Source: an uncultured candidate division Zixibacteria bacterium (GTDB taxonomy: Bacteria; Zixibacteria; MSB-5A5; GN15; PGXB01). Taken from it: a DNA stretch of 64,000 nt. The notes under the pieces are model-generated. The model did no database searches. It saw only the letters and a program-made list of their open reading frames with translations, and was not told where the DNA came from. Below are positions 1 to 10,797 of this stretch, one piece after another. Numbering within the stretch: the stretch's first letter is position 1; each line of letters starts with the position of its first letter. Where the stretch lies: assembly GCA_963702205.1 (NCBI GenBank), contig OY969724.1, positions 416,001-480,000 of the forward strand. The letters are read 5' to 3'. Position numbers and translations under genes: made by a program.

Positions 1-7
1 GCTCGCT

Positions 8-1801
8 TTACCCCGTCGCCTTGATTTCATCCTGCTTGAACTGCATCTGGTACAGCTTGTAATAGATACCGCGATTGTCCAGAAGCTCGTGGTGGGTCCC
101 GATTTCGCGAATCTGCCCGTGGTGCAGAACAATGATCTTATCGGCCTTTTCGATAGTCGAAAGACGGTGGGCGATAATTATCGCGGTACGGTTTTCGAGC
201 AGACGGTCGAGGGCCTTTTGGATGAGCTTTTCGGTGGCCGTATCGACTGAGCTGGTGGCTTCATCGAGCACGAGAATATTCGGATCGAAAGCCAGCGCCC
301 TCGCGAAAGACAACAACTGCTTCTGCCCGGTCGAGAGTGTCGCCCCGCGCTCTTTGACTTCGGCATGAATGCCATTCTCGACATTTTTGATAAAATCGTA
401 CAGACTGACCCGCTCCAGCGCCGATACAATCTGCTCGTCGCTGATTTTCTCGTCGCCCAGCCTGATATTCCCGGCATAGTCGCCGGAGAAAATGAAGACA
501 TCCTGCATAACCAGCCCCAACTGTGCCCTGAGCGTCTCCACCGGAAGGGCCGCTATATCGATCCCGTCGAGCTTTATGGCACCTTTTTGATAATCATAAA
601 AACGGAAAAGCAGCGACATCAGCGAGGTTTTGCCCGCCCCGGTCGCCCCAACAATGGCCACTTTTTCACCGGGATTGACCGTAAACGAAACGTCTTTCAA
701 AACGAATTCGTTGTCGTCGTATGAAAACCAGACATTTTCGAACTCGATCTTGCCTTTGAATTCGGGCGGTATCGTCGTCGTTTCCTTTTGATTCAATACC
801 GGCTGCGTGTCCAACAGACGGAAAATCCGCTCCGATGATGCCATCGATGACTGCAAAATGTTATATTTTTCGGCCAGGTCGCGGATCGGATGATAAAACC
901 GTTGAACCAGCTGAATAAATGCAACCAGCTCTCCGAAAGTCAATATCCCGGCTTCGATCTGGGAGCCGCCATAATAGATAAGAATCGCCAGGGACAGCGA
1001 ACTGATAATTTCAACAACCGGGAAAAAGGCGGCATAATAATAAATCGAGCGGAGGTGGGCGTCCATCAACTGTTCATTTATTGTGGAAAACTTGTCGAAA
1101 ACCTTGTTTTCGCGTGTGAATAACTGAATTATGGTCATTCCAGTGACATGTTCCTGTGTGAAGGCGTTCAATCGTGCTAATCTGGTCCTGATATCGCGGT
1201 ATAAGGTCCGGACTTTTTTACGGAAAACGGCGGTCGCCCAGACCAGAAGCGGCAAAACGATCAAAGTTAGCAGAGCCAGTTTCCAGTTGTAATAAACCAG
1301 GGCTATGATAATGCCCACCAGCGTGATAACGTCGCCGAAAACCTCGACCAATCCCGATGAAAACAGTTCATCGAGAACGTTGACGTCGTTGGTGGCCCTC
1401 GTAACCAGCCGCCCGACCGGATTTTTGTCGAAAAAGCCCAAATGAAGTTTCTGAAGATGCTTGAATATCTGCATACGGATATCATACTGGACCTTCTGCC
1501 CGATATACAGGGTCATATACAGCTGTATATAGGTCAGGAAGAAGGCCGCTATCAGAATGCCGCCGTAAAAAAGCGCGATCCGCCCCAGCCCGCCGAGGTC
1601 CTTGTTCATCAGGTATTTATCAATACCGATCTGGACCGTAATCGGCAGCAAAAGCTGCAGAAGCGACCCGGCAATTAGAAGTATCGTGGCGATAGTCAGC
1701 GTCTTGCGGTATGGCCGGACATAAGTCAGAAGCCGCTTCATCAACCGCGAATCATAGGCCTTACCCAAAACTTCTTCTTCGTGATAGCTTTCGGCCGCCA
1801 T
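8..1801 (-). CDS. ABC exporter subunit (TMD+NBD), MdlB/YheH-like, partner of the upstream gene
   Basis: Six TM segments, Walker A GATGAGKT, degenerate signature LSTGQ, Walker B ILVLDE, AHR switch. Start placed at ATG 1801 (MAAESY), right after the upstream stop. Confidence 0.9.
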   Translation of the reverse strand: MAAESYHEEEVLGKAYDSRLMKRLLTYVRPYRKTLTIATILLIAGSLLQLLLPITVQIGIDKYLMNKDLGGLGRIALFYGGILIAAFFLTYIQLYMTLYIGQKVQYDIRMQIFKHLQKLHLGFFDKNPVGRLVTRATNDVNVLDELFSSGLVEVFGDVITLVGIIIALVYYNWKLALLTLIVLPLLVWATAVFRKKVRTLYRDIRTRLARLNAFTQEHVTGMTIIQLFTRENKVFDKFSTINEQLMDAHLRSIYYYAAFFPVVEIISSLSLAILIYYGGSQIEAGILTFGELVAFIQLVQRFYHPIRDLAEKYNILQSSMASSERIFRLLDTQPVLNQKETTTIPPEFKGKIEFENVWFSYDDNEFVLKDVSFTVNPGEKVAIVGATGAGKTSLMSLLFRFYDYQKGAIKLDGIDIAALPVETLRAQLGLVMQDVFIFSGDYAGNIRLGDEKISDEQIVSALERVSLYDFIKNVENGIHAEVKERGATLSTGQKQLLSFARALAFDPNILVLDEATSSVDTATEKLIQKALDRLLENRTAIIIAHRLSTIEKADKIIVLHHGQIREIGTHHELLDNRGIYYKLYQMQFKQDEIKATG

Positions 1802-1802
1802 T

Positions 1803-3572
1803 TTACATATTCTCCAGTTCTTCTTCGAGCAGCTGCGTCTTGTAAAGCCGGGCGTAGAACCCGTCGCGGGCCAGCAGCTCGTCGTGCGTGCCCGTTTCGG
1901 CAATACTCCCGTTGTTCATATAAATGACCATGTCGGCGTCTTTTACCGCCGAAATACGATGCGATATGACAATCGACGTCCTCCGAGCCAGCTCATCTTT
2001 GAGGTACATATTGATCAGGTGCTCCGTCTCGGTGTCGACCGCACTGGTGGCGTCGTCGAGAATCAAAATCCTCGGGTCGGACGCAATCGCCCGGGCAATC
2101 GCGACCCTCTGTTTCTGACCGCCGGACAGGTTTATTCCGCGCTCACCCAGAATCGTATCGTAATTTTCCGGGAATGACTCGATTTCATTGTCGATGGCCG
2201 AAACCGAGGCCGCCTGGCGGATCAACTCCGAATCGACTTTTTCGGCGCCGAACCCGATATTGTTTTCAATCGTGTCGGAAAACAGAAACGCCTCCTGCGT
2301 CACGAAGCCGATTTGATTGCGGAGTGCCGACAGGTCCCAGTCGTTTATATCTATGCCGTCGATAAATAACTGCCCCCGATTTATGGGATAAAGCCGACTT
2401 AAAAGCGAAACCAGGGTGGTCTTGCCCGACGCCGTCGGTCCCACCATACCGACGGTCATACCCGGTTCGATGGTCAGGTTGATTCCATTGAGCACTGTAG
2501 TGCCGTTATACGCGAAATTAAGCTTTTTGAATTCAATCAGGCCGTTGATACTATCTTTCTTGTGCGCGTTTTCGATGGAATAAACCATCGGTTCGGTATG
2601 GAAAATATTATTGAGCCGATCCAGCGACGCCTTCCCGCGCTGGTACAACGACACCACCCAGCCCAGCGCGATCACCGGCCAGATCAACAGCGCCAGGTAC
2701 GCGAAAAAAGCCACCATGGTCCCCAGACTGATATCACCGGTTATGACCTTGCTGCCGCCAAAATACAGAACCATCAAAGTCGCCGACCCGGCCAGCATGA
2801 ACATCAAGGGATAAAACAGCCCGAAGATTTTGATACGTTCCATATTGAGGTCGATATATTTTTGACTGTGGCGGGCAAAATCCTTAATTTCGTTGTCTTC
2901 GCGTCCGTACGCCCGGATCACCCGCACCCCGGCCAGATTTTCCTGCACCTTGGCCGTCAGCACCGAAAAATACTCCTGCACCTTGGCGAATTTCTTGTGA
3001 AGGATATTGCCCAGCTTGGTGACGATAAACGAAAGAATCGGCATCGGGATCAGGGCGTAAAACGTCAGTTCTGTGGACAGACTGAGCATCATGGCCAGAC
3101 CGGCTATACCAACCACGATAGTATTGGACAGGTGCATGACGCCCGGTCCGATCATCATACGGACGGCCTCGATGTCGTTGGTAGCGCGGGCCATAATATC
3201 GCCGGTTTTGGTGTTATGGTAGAAGGTCGGATTCAATTTCAGCAGGTGCTCGAACAGGTCCGAACGAAGATTGGCCTCGATCAAGCGCGAGGACCAGATA
3301 ACGGTACGGCGCGTCCAGAAACGGAAAACCCCGGAAAGGATGGAAAAACCGACAATAAGCAAGGCATATAGCCACAGATCGGAAACCGGAGTCTTCTGCT
3401 CCAGCCGGTCAAACGCCAGTTTCAGAATATAGGGATTTACAAGAAACAGGACGTTGGCGCCGACAATAGCAATGCTTCCGGCAAAATAATAGCGCCGGTA
3501 TTTTTTAACATACCCGTAGATCCGCTCCATGCGCCGGTTTTTTGTATTATTTTTTTGACCGTTTCCGTTCAT
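1803..3572 (-). CDS. ABC exporter subunit (TMD+NBD), MdlA/YheI-like
   Basis: Walker A GPTASGKT, signature LSGGQ, degenerate Walker B ILILDD. With the downstream gene this matches a heterodimeric exporter with one degenerate ATP site. Confidence 0.9.
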   Translation of the reverse strand: MNGNGQKNNTKNRRMERIYGYVKKYRRYYFAGSIAIVGANVLFLVNPYILKLAFDRLEQKTPVSDLWLYALLIVGFSILSGVFRFWTRRTVIWSSRLIEANLRSDLFEHLLKLNPTFYHNTKTGDIMARATNDIEAVRMMIGPGVMHLSNTIVVGIAGLAMMLSLSTELTFYALIPMPILSFIVTKLGNILHKKFAKVQEYFSVLTAKVQENLAGVRVIRAYGREDNEIKDFARHSQKYIDLNMERIKIFGLFYPLMFMLAGSATLMVLYFGGSKVITGDISLGTMVAFFAYLALLIWPVIALGWVVSLYQRGKASLDRLNNIFHTEPMVYSIENAHKKDSINGLIEFKKLNFAYNGTTVLNGINLTIEPGMTVGMVGPTASGKTTLVSLLSRLYPINRGQLFIDGIDINDWDLSALRNQIGFVTQEAFLFSDTIENNIGFGAEKVDSELIRQAASVSAIDNEIESFPENYDTILGERGINLSGGQKQRVAIARAIASDPRILILDDATSAVDTETEHLINMYLKDELARRTSIVISHRISAVKDADMVIYMNNGSIAETGTHDELLARDGFYARLYKTQLLEEELENM

Positions 3573-3627
3573 AGTTAAGCCTTAAAACACGGCCTTTTGC
3601 AGGCGGTTCCGAATCTTGTAATATAAG

Positions 3628-5841
3628 TTATTTGTGAGAAAAATTGATCAAATTCGCTAAAAATTCGACTCCAATCGGCTCCAGATCGGCAAACATATCC
3701 AAAACCGGGAAACCGCAATAAATCAAATGCCCCGAGCCGATATCGGTCCGGCTCAACAGGCTCATATTGGCCCCGGCGGAAATTATCGTCTCGCCGGGGA
3801 AAACCCGGGCGGGATTCGAACGATAGGCCTCCTTGACGGCGCTGATAAGGTAGGTCGGGTTGGTCTTATACGTATTATTGAAAAGCGGATCTTTGGCCGA
3901 ACCGGTCAGCCTGGCGTCGCGCGAATCGAGATTGTTCTCGACCGGCAGAATCGAAACCGGAAGAGAACCATCGGGCCACTTTTCGCTCTGCCCGAAGACG
4001 ATGACCGTCCCGCCAAATTCCATATAGCGGTTGAGCTTATCGCTGAGTTTCTTAAGCGACGGATATTTTTCAAAGCAATCGGTATCCATTAATAAAATGT
4101 CATAAGCACCGAGATATCCGGTTTCGAGAAACCGATCCGAGATGGTCTGGTAACCGGCACCGGTCATGCGCAGGATGTCTTCCAGACGCCCCTCCGGTCC
4201 GCCAATCAGGGCGATCCTGGAATTTTCGTTGACTTTGCACTCCTGTCCCAGTATATGCGCCTGGTCCCAGCCCAGAGTCCGGTCGCCTTCTTTGAGCGTC
4301 GCGATAATTTTATGCTTACGATTCCCGGCGCTTTTGCCGATCGCCACCGGAAGATTTATTTCGTATGAGCGGTCGCCGTCTTTCAGTGCGACCTTTTCCT
4401 GATAGGTCCCGACGTACACCCCGGGCGGGGTAACGAATTCCAGCACGGCGTCGGCCGTAAACGATTCCGGCTTTTCGATGAGCAGCTTCAGCTGGGTCAT
4501 TTCGACCAGCCGATCCACCCACTCCCCTTCGAACGGCCGGACCAGCCGAAACGACGGAACGAAAGAAAGCTTAATCGGATTTTCGCTCATTTCGATCAGG
4601 TCGCGCTTGAATGTCATGTACTGATCGTTGAAGATCAGCTCCCCTTCGATATAGAGCATATCGGACCGTGACGACGAATAATATTCGCTCGGCAGTGTGG
4701 CGGTGTAATCCCGCTTGACCGTCCGGTACGGCGGGATGGCGAAGCTCGACGTATCCAGAGTCGTTTCATAAAGGCCGGATTTGGTCGTCAGCTTGATGTG
4801 ACCGACTTTGTAACTCAAGGACCCGCCATTGGTACAGGTCGTGGAAATTTTCAGGATATCGCCCTCGGCGGTACTCATCATGTCGGCGCCGCCGTCAAAT
4901 CTGAAACCGGTTTCGTGCAAAATGGCGGAGACGGCTTTGTCGATCAGGCCGTCAATGTATTCCGGAAAATGTTCGCATTCCGCACCGCCGCCGGTCGGAC
5001 GATAATCGACCTTGACATTTTTAAGCTGTCCCAATGCGGCGATCATATACTCGATCCGGTGCTCATCGTTTCTCGCGGCGGCTTCGGCGAGGGCGGCCTC
5101 GTATTTTTCGGCGTAACCGGTTATTACGCTGCGCAGGGCGGAATTATTGACACAGGCATTGACGGCGTCGGCCAGCTTGTACGACGTTTCATCCGAAACG
5201 AACTTCCGCGACGCCGCCCCCCCGATTCGGAGACTGTCATCGGGACGGTACATCGTATATCCTTCGTAGCGCGAGCGGTCGAAATTATCACCGGTCAAAC
5301 GCACGGCCATTTGTTCTATGCGCTCTCCCGCCCGCTCGACATAGAACGCCGCATTGGCGAAAATCATCGCCTGGCTTTTATCCTCGGTGCGGTAGTACAT
5401 CGCCTTGACTTTGGAGATCGTCCCCGGCACGTCGGCATTGGCTTTGATATATTTCCCGATTGCCTGAAGCACTTCACCCGTTTTTCCTCCCGGCATCACG
5501 ACGACGTCGGGTGCGCGAAAACCGACAATCATACGAAAGGCCGAATCTATCATGGCGGCCGATGTGTCCGGGATCAGGCACCGCGACAAACCAATATCGT
5601 ACTGAGCGTCTTCGGTTATGTCATATTTAAAAGCCGGGCCGAGGGATATATTGGCCAGATCAATGCGGCACCCCTGCTCGGCGGCCAGATAATAAATCAG
5701 CGGCCAGTCGATTTCGTTGTCGTTTTCGTAGAAGCAGACAATTTTGACATCATTGAGCAGGCTGTTCAACGAGGCCGCCGCAACCGATGAGGCCATCGCC
5801 AGACAGAACAGTGCCGATATAATAAAAATCTTCTTCATCAT
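3628..5841 (-). CDS. Secreted protein resembling large PIG-L/LmbE deacetylase-family proteins with a C-terminal class I GATase-like domain; catalytic motif degenerate
   Basis: Signal peptide MMKKIFIISALFCLAMASSVAAA. The segments LIYYLA..G, RAPDVVV and YDILL...LNRYMEFGGTVIV match the family layout, but the HPDDE motif reads YENDNE. Confidence 0.55.
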   Translation of the reverse strand: MMKKIFIISALFCLAMASSVAAASLNSLLNDVKIVCFYENDNEIDWPLIYYLAAEQGCRIDLANISLGPAFKYDITEDAQYDIGLSRCLIPDTSAAMIDSAFRMIVGFRAPDVVVMPGGKTGEVLQAIGKYIKANADVPGTISKVKAMYYRTEDKSQAMIFANAAFYVERAGERIEQMAVRLTGDNFDRSRYEGYTMYRPDDSLRIGGAASRKFVSDETSYKLADAVNACVNNSALRSVITGYAEKYEAALAEAAARNDEHRIEYMIAALGQLKNVKVDYRPTGGGAECEHFPEYIDGLIDKAVSAILHETGFRFDGGADMMSTAEGDILKISTTCTNGGSLSYKVGHIKLTTKSGLYETTLDTSSFAIPPYRTVKRDYTATLPSEYYSSSRSDMLYIEGELIFNDQYMTFKRDLIEMSENPIKLSFVPSFRLVRPFEGEWVDRLVEMTQLKLLIEKPESFTADAVLEFVTPPGVYVGTYQEKVALKDGDRSYEINLPVAIGKSAGNRKHKIIATLKEGDRTLGWDQAHILGQECKVNENSRIALIGGPEGRLEDILRMTGAGYQTISDRFLETGYLGAYDILLMDTDCFEKYPSLKKLSDKLNRYMEFGGTVIVFGQSEKWPDGSLPVSILPVENNLDSRDARLTGSAKDPLFNNTYKTNPTYLISAVKEAYRSNPARVFPGETIISAGANMSLLSRTDIGSGHLIYCGFPVLDMFADLEPIGVEFLANLINFSHK

Positions 5842-5875
5842 TTTGAATATAGACCGGGCCCGAATTTGTATCAAA

Positions 5876-5907
5876 TAAAAAAAGACCGCCGTGCGAGGCG
5901 GTCTTAA
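5876..5907 (-). terminator. Intrinsic terminator after etfB
   Basis: Hairpin AAGACCGCC-TCGCAC-GGCGGTCTT followed by a T-run on the minus strand. Confidence 0.75.
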
Positions 5908-5926
5908 ACTCGCAAACATATTTGTA

Positions 5927-6712
5927 TTACAAAACCTGATTTTCTTTGAGCTTGGTGTACAGCTTTTCGGCTATCTCCTCGGGCGTTTCACCTTCGATCA
6001 TCTCGCCTTTCTGACGCGGCGGAGGGGGAGAGACCTTTTCTATCTTCGTCAGAGAATTGGCGCCGATTCCGGCACCATCCAAACCCAGGTCGGCGGCACT
6101 CAGTCTATTGATCGGGGCCTTCTTGGCCGCCATCTTGCCTTTGAGCGACGGCAGTCTTGGTTCGTTGATTTCTTTCACGACCGACACCACCGCCGGAAGC
6201 GTCAATTCCACGACGTCATAGCCCTCTTCGGTCGTACGATACACGGTCGCCTTGCTGTCGTCAACCTGTTCGATCTTCTTGACGAACATCGCCTGCGGGA
6301 GTTCCAGATTAGCCGCCACGGCGCCGGGCACCTGAGCGGCATCATCGTCAATAGCCTGTTTCCCGGCCAGGACCAGGCTGTAATCGCCCAGTTTTTTCAG
6401 GGCCGCCGCCAGTATTTTGCCGATCGCCTGGGGATCGGATTTTTCGAAAAGCGGATCGCTGACCAGATACGCCTCATCGACACCCAGGGCCAGACAGGCA
6501 CGCAGGGCCGATTCGGCCCGGTCGGTTCCGACCGTAACGACGGTTACCTTCCCACCGTTTTTTTCTTTGATGCGCAGAGCTTCTTCGACCGCGTATTCAT
6601 CGAACGGATTGACCACCCCGGGACCCGACGGCAGGACCACCTGGTTGACCGCCGTGTCGACCTTTATCAGTTCAATTTCGGGAACTTGTTTAATCAGGAC
6701 TACTATATTCAC
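5927..6712 (-). CDS. etfB: Electron transfer flavoprotein beta subunit
   Basis: MNIVVLIKQVP, NPFDEYAVEEAL, GKQAIDDDAAQV, EPRLPSLKG motifs. Confidence 0.95.
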   Translation of the reverse strand: MNIVVLIKQVPEIELIKVDTAVNQVVLPSGPGVVNPFDEYAVEEALRIKEKNGGKVTVVTVGTDRAESALRACLALGVDEAYLVSDPLFEKSDPQAIGKILAAALKKLGDYSLVLAGKQAIDDDAAQVPGAVAANLELPQAMFVKKIEQVDDSKATVYRTTEEGYDVVELTLPAVVSVVKEINEPRLPSLKGKMAAKKAPINRLSAADLGLDGAGIGANSLTKIEKVSPPPPRQKGEMIEGETPEEIAEKLYTKLKENQVL

Positions 6713-6796
6713 TATTCCTCCAGCCTGTCTGTTCTTTATCGAGGTTCATGATAATGAAATTCGCGCCGTCCGTCAACCGTTTCGGTTTTGGCGAGG

Positions 6797-7570
6797 CTAA
6801 TCTTCCTTTTCCGGCTGGCTGAGTTCCTCCAGCTTTTGAAGAGAATCGGCCGCGGCTTTTTGCTCGGCCTCTTTCTTGGTGGAACCTTCACCGATGCCGG
6901 TAATAACGCCTCCGGTATTCACGGCCACTTTGAACACCTTGGCATGGTCGGGACCGTTTTCGGAGATTACTTCATAGTACGGCGGACTTTCGCCGCGCGC
7001 CTGAAGGTATTCCAGCAGTTCACCTTTGTAATTACGCTGGTTTTCATCCGACACGATCTCTTCTTCGTTGGTCAGCAAAATGCGGTGGATGAAATCGCGG
7101 GCCGCTCCGAGACCGCCGTCGAGATAAATCGCCCCCACGATCGCTTCGAAAGCATCCGACGTAATCGAGGCTCGGTCGCGGCCTCCGGTTCGCTCTTCGT
7201 CGTCGGATAAGAATACGAATTCATTCAACCGAGAAGTCCTGGCAATACCCGCGAGAGCCGTTTCGTTGACCAAAAGCGCTTTGGTTTTGGTCAGTTCACC
7301 TTCGGCATAATCGGGATAGTGACGGTGAAGATATTCGGAAACGACTATACCGAGAACCGAATCACCTAAAAATTCGAGCCGTTCGTTGGAACGAGCGTGA
7401 TGATCGACGTTGCGAACGTAAGAGCGGTGGGTCAATGCCTCCCGCAGGTGAGCTACCGTTATGAATCGATAGCCGAAAGCATCGAAAAACGAATCGGCAA
7501 GACCGGTATCGGACGGGTCCGAACCGGCCGGTCGATAGAATATTTTTTTGATCGAATCAAACAGTCCCAC
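6797..7570 (-). CDS. rnc: Ribonuclease III
   Basis: NERLEFLGDSVL signature and C-terminal dsRBD (GPDHAKVF...KKEAEQKAA). Confidence 0.97.
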   Translation of the reverse strand: MGLFDSIKKIFYRPAGSDPSDTGLADSFFDAFGYRFITVAHLREALTHRSYVRNVDHHARSNERLEFLGDSVLGIVVSEYLHRHYPDYAEGELTKTKALLVNETALAGIARTSRLNEFVFLSDDEERTGGRDRASITSDAFEAIVGAIYLDGGLGAARDFIHRILLTNEEEIVSDENQRNYKGELLEYLQARGESPPYYEVISENGPDHAKVFKVAVNTGGVITGIGEGSTKKEAEQKAAADSLQKLEELSQPEKED

Positions 7571-7579
7571 AATCAGGTA

Positions 7580-8825
7580 CTATTCACTGAAGCGTCGTCC
7601 GAGAATGCTGACGTTGTGTCCCCCGAAACCAAAGGAATTGCTCAAAAAAGTATCGAAGTCAAAATCTCTGGCCTGGCCGGCGACATAATCAAGATCGCAT
7701 TCGGAATCCGGGTTATCAAGGTTTATGGTCGGGTGCAGTTTCCTGGCGTTTAGCGATAACACCGAGGTCACCACTTCAATGGCCCCGGCCGCACCCAGCA
7801 AATGCCCAACCATGGATTTGGTCGAATTCACCGGAATTTTGTAGGCCCGGTCACCGAAGACCCTTTTTACGGCTTTGGTTTCGGCGATGTCACCCAGCGG
7901 CGTGGCCGTCCCGTGACTGTTGATATAATCAACGTCGTCGGGTTTCAAACCGGCGTCTCGGATAGCGTTTTCCATGGCCTGACGAGCCCCGCCACCGTCC
8001 GGAAGCGGCGCCGTTATATGGTGCGCGTCACAGGTTATTCCACCCCCGAGGATTTCAGCATATATGGTCGCACCGCGAGCCCTGGCCGATTCCAGGGATT
8101 CGAGGATCACGATAGCCGAACCCTCACCCATGACAAAACCGTCACGGTCCTTGTCGAACGGACGCGAAGCCCTGCCCGGTTCGTCATTTCGAGTCGATAT
8201 GGCGTGAGCCGAACAGAACCCGGCCAGCGACGTCGGCGTGATAGTCGCCTCGGCACCACCGGCGATCATGATATCGGTCTCACCCCTTTGTATGGTGCGA
8301 TATGCATCCAGTATGGCATGAGACGACGAAGCGCAGGCGGAGACGGTGGCGTAATTGGGACCCCGGAAACCGAAGCGTATGGCCACCAGCCCGGCACACA
8401 TATCGGCGATCATCATCGGAATGAAAAAAGGAGAAACCTTGCGCGGTCCGCCATTGAGCAAAGCCTCGTGCTGTTTCTCGAACGTGGTTATCCCGCCAAT
8501 ACCGGAGCCGATTATGACTCCCGCCCGCAGAAGGTCGATCTTCTCGGTATCGATTCCGGAATGATTCACGGCCAGCTGCGACGCGACGACGGCGTACTGC
8601 TGGCACAAATCCATCCGGCGGCCTTCTTTTTTTTCGATGTATTTGTCCGGCTCAAACCCGGACACCAGCGCGGCGATCCGGGTCGTGTATTCGCTGACGT
8701 CAAATCGGTCAATTGTTACGACCCCGCTTTTACCGGAGACTATGGCCTGCCAGGTACTGATCGAGATCGCATCCAAACGGGGAAACAACCCCCATTCCGG
8801 TTATGACGGTTCTTACTGCTTCCAT
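7580..8825 (-). CDS. fabF: 3-oxoacyl-ACP synthase II; +1 frameshift at ~8753 (probably a sequencing error)
   Basis: ATG at 8825 gives MEAVRTVITGMGVVSPFG. Removing one base next to GTAC joins it to WQAIVSGKSG...SACASS...NSHGT...SNSFGFGG. Confidence 0.93.
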
Positions 8826-8841
8826 TCAGTAATTATCATCC

Positions 8842-9078
8842 TTAATCTTGATGCTCCTGAATATATTTGATGGCATCGCCGACCGAGGTTATTTTCTCAG
8901 CGTCTTCGTCGGGAATTTCGATGGAGAACTCCTCTTCAAGAGCCATCACCAACTCGACGGTATCGAGAGAATCAGCGCTCAGATCCTCGACAAACTTGGC
9001 TTCTTCGGTCACCTGAGCGGCATCAACACCTAATTGCTCGACGATAATGTCCTTCACTTTCTGGGCAATGTCAGACAT
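8842..9078 (-). CDS. acpP: Acyl carrier protein
   Basis: [20 protein letters not shown] motif. Confidence 0.97.
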   Translation of the reverse strand: MSDIAQKVKDIIVEQLGVDAAQVTEEAKFVEDLSADSLDTVELVMALEEEFSIEIPDEDAEKITSVGDAIKYIQEHQD

Positions 9079-9116
9079 CCTCTCCTCCTTGTAACATTTA
9101 TCACTTCTGGTTTTAT

Positions 9117-9857
9117 TTACATCAACAAGCCGCCGTCCACCCCGACCACCTGGCCGGTAATGTACGCGGCATCATCCGAGACCAGAAAGGCGGTCACCGC
9201 GGCGACGTCTTCGGGCAGGCCGAGCCTTCCCAGGGGTATTCCCCCCGACAGTTTTTCGCGGGCCGCTTCCGGCATTTTGTCGGTCATTTCGGTCTTAATG
9301 AATCCGGGGGCAATCGCGTTGACCGTAATCCCCCGCGAGGCCAGTTCCTTGGCCGCGGCCTTGGTCAGGCCAATCAAGCCGGCTTTGCTGGCGGCGTAAT
9401 TGGTCTGCCCGGCGTTGCCCATCCGGCCGACGACCGACGATATATTCACAATCCGACCGTTGCGCTGCTTGATCATGACTTTCGCGGCGGCCTGGGTGAC
9501 CAGAAACGCCCCTTTAAGATTCACGTTCAAGACCGCATCCCAGTCGGCTTCTTTCATTCTCATCATCAACGTGTCGCGGGTAATACCGGCATTGTTGACG
9601 ACTATGTCAAGGGTTTCATACTGCTTGACGGCTTCATCTATCAAATGACCGGCGTCTTCGAAATTGGAGACGTCGGCTTTGATCGCGACGGCATCGTAAC
9701 CTTTGGCTTTGAATTCTTCCACGGTGCTGCGGGCGACGTCTTCAAGAACGTCGGAGATAATGACTCTTGCGCCTTCGGAGGCCAGCCGTTCGGCAATAGC
9801 CCGCCCGATACCGCGCGCCGATCCCGTAATCAGGGCCGTTTTTCCTTTGAATCGCAT
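9117..9857 (-). CDS. fabG: 3-oxoacyl-ACP reductase
   Basis: [21 protein letters not shown] motifs; fab cluster context. Confidence 0.96.
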   Translation of the reverse strand: MRFKGKTALITGSARGIGRAIAERLASEGARVIISDVLEDVARSTVEEFKAKGYDAVAIKADVSNFEDAGHLIDEAVKQYETLDIVVNNAGITRDTLMMRMKEADWDAVLNVNLKGAFLVTQAAAKVMIKQRNGRIVNISSVVGRMGNAGQTNYAASKAGLIGLTKAAAKELASRGITVNAIAPGFIKTEMTDKMPEAAREKLSGGIPLGRLGLPEDVAAVTAFLVSDDAAYITGQVVGVDGGLLM

Positions 9858-9860
9858 AGC

Positions 9861-10796
9861 CTAACCCACCGGAACCGTCTTGAATTGTTCCACGTCCTGC
9901 AGAGTATCTATATTCATAATATTGGAATTCCTGATCTCACGTTTCGCCAGACCGGTCAGAACTTTGCCCGGACCGACTTCGATAAAAGTATCGATTCCGT
10001 ACTGATTGATCGCTTTCATCGTCTGGTACCACCTCACCGGGGTCGTCAATTGCTCTATCAAAAGCTCCTTGAGCATCATGGCGTCGCGCTCCTGAGTGGC
10101 GGTTACGTTGGGAATAATATCAATCTTCGGTTTGTTAAACGTCAGTGTATCCAAAAATTCCCGCATCCCGTCCTGGGCCGATGCCATCAGCGGTGAATGG
10201 AAAGCGCCGCCGACCTGAAGAATCATGGCCCGCTTGGCCCCGGCTTCCTTGCACAATTCGCAGGCTTTTTCGACTCCTGCCACGGCCCCGGAAATGACTA
10301 CCTGTCCCGAGGAATTATAATTGGCCGGGACAACCACGCCGGACGCCGAAGCGCTTTTGCATATTTCCGCAATTTTGGTTTCTTCAAGACCCAGAATGGC
10401 GGCCATGGTGCTCGGCTCTTTCTGACACGCTTTTTCCATCAGGGAGGCGCGGCGAGCCACTGCCCGGACGGCGTCGTCAAAGCCTAATACACCGGCCAGT
10501 GCCAGGGCACCGTACTCACCGAGCGAATGCCCGGCCGTTACTTCGGTCTCGGGAATATTGTCTTTAAGCAAAGTGAGGACAGCCAGAGAATGAAGCAGTA
10601 TGGCCGGTTGCGTGAATCTCGTCTGTTTCAGCGTTTCAGCCGGACCGTCAAATGAAATTCTGGCGATATCTTCGCCGATATATTCGGAGGCATTGGCGTA
10701 CATCTTCCGGACTTCTTCACTGGCGTCGTACAGGTCGCGGCCCATGCCGACGTACTGCGACGCCTGCCCCGGAAAGACTATGGCTACCTTGTTCAT
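9861..10796 (-). CDS. fabD: Malonyl-CoA:ACP transacylase
   Basis: FPGQASQ, GHSLGEY, AFHS motifs. Confidence 0.96.
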   Translation of the reverse strand: MNKVAIVFPGQASQYVGMGRDLYDASEEVRKMYANASEYIGEDIARISFDGPAETLKQTRFTQPAILLHSLAVLTLLKDNIPETEVTAGHSLGEYGALALAGVLGFDDAVRAVARRASLMEKACQKEPSTMAAILGLEETKIAEICKSASASGVVVPANYNSSGQVVISGAVAGVEKACELCKEAGAKRAMILQVGGAFHSPLMASAQDGMREFLDTLTFNKPKIDIIPNVTATQERDAMMLKELLIEQLTTPVRWYQTMKAINQYGIDTFIEVGPGKVLTGLAKREIRNSNIMNIDTLQDVEQFKTVPVG

Positions 10797-10797
10797 A

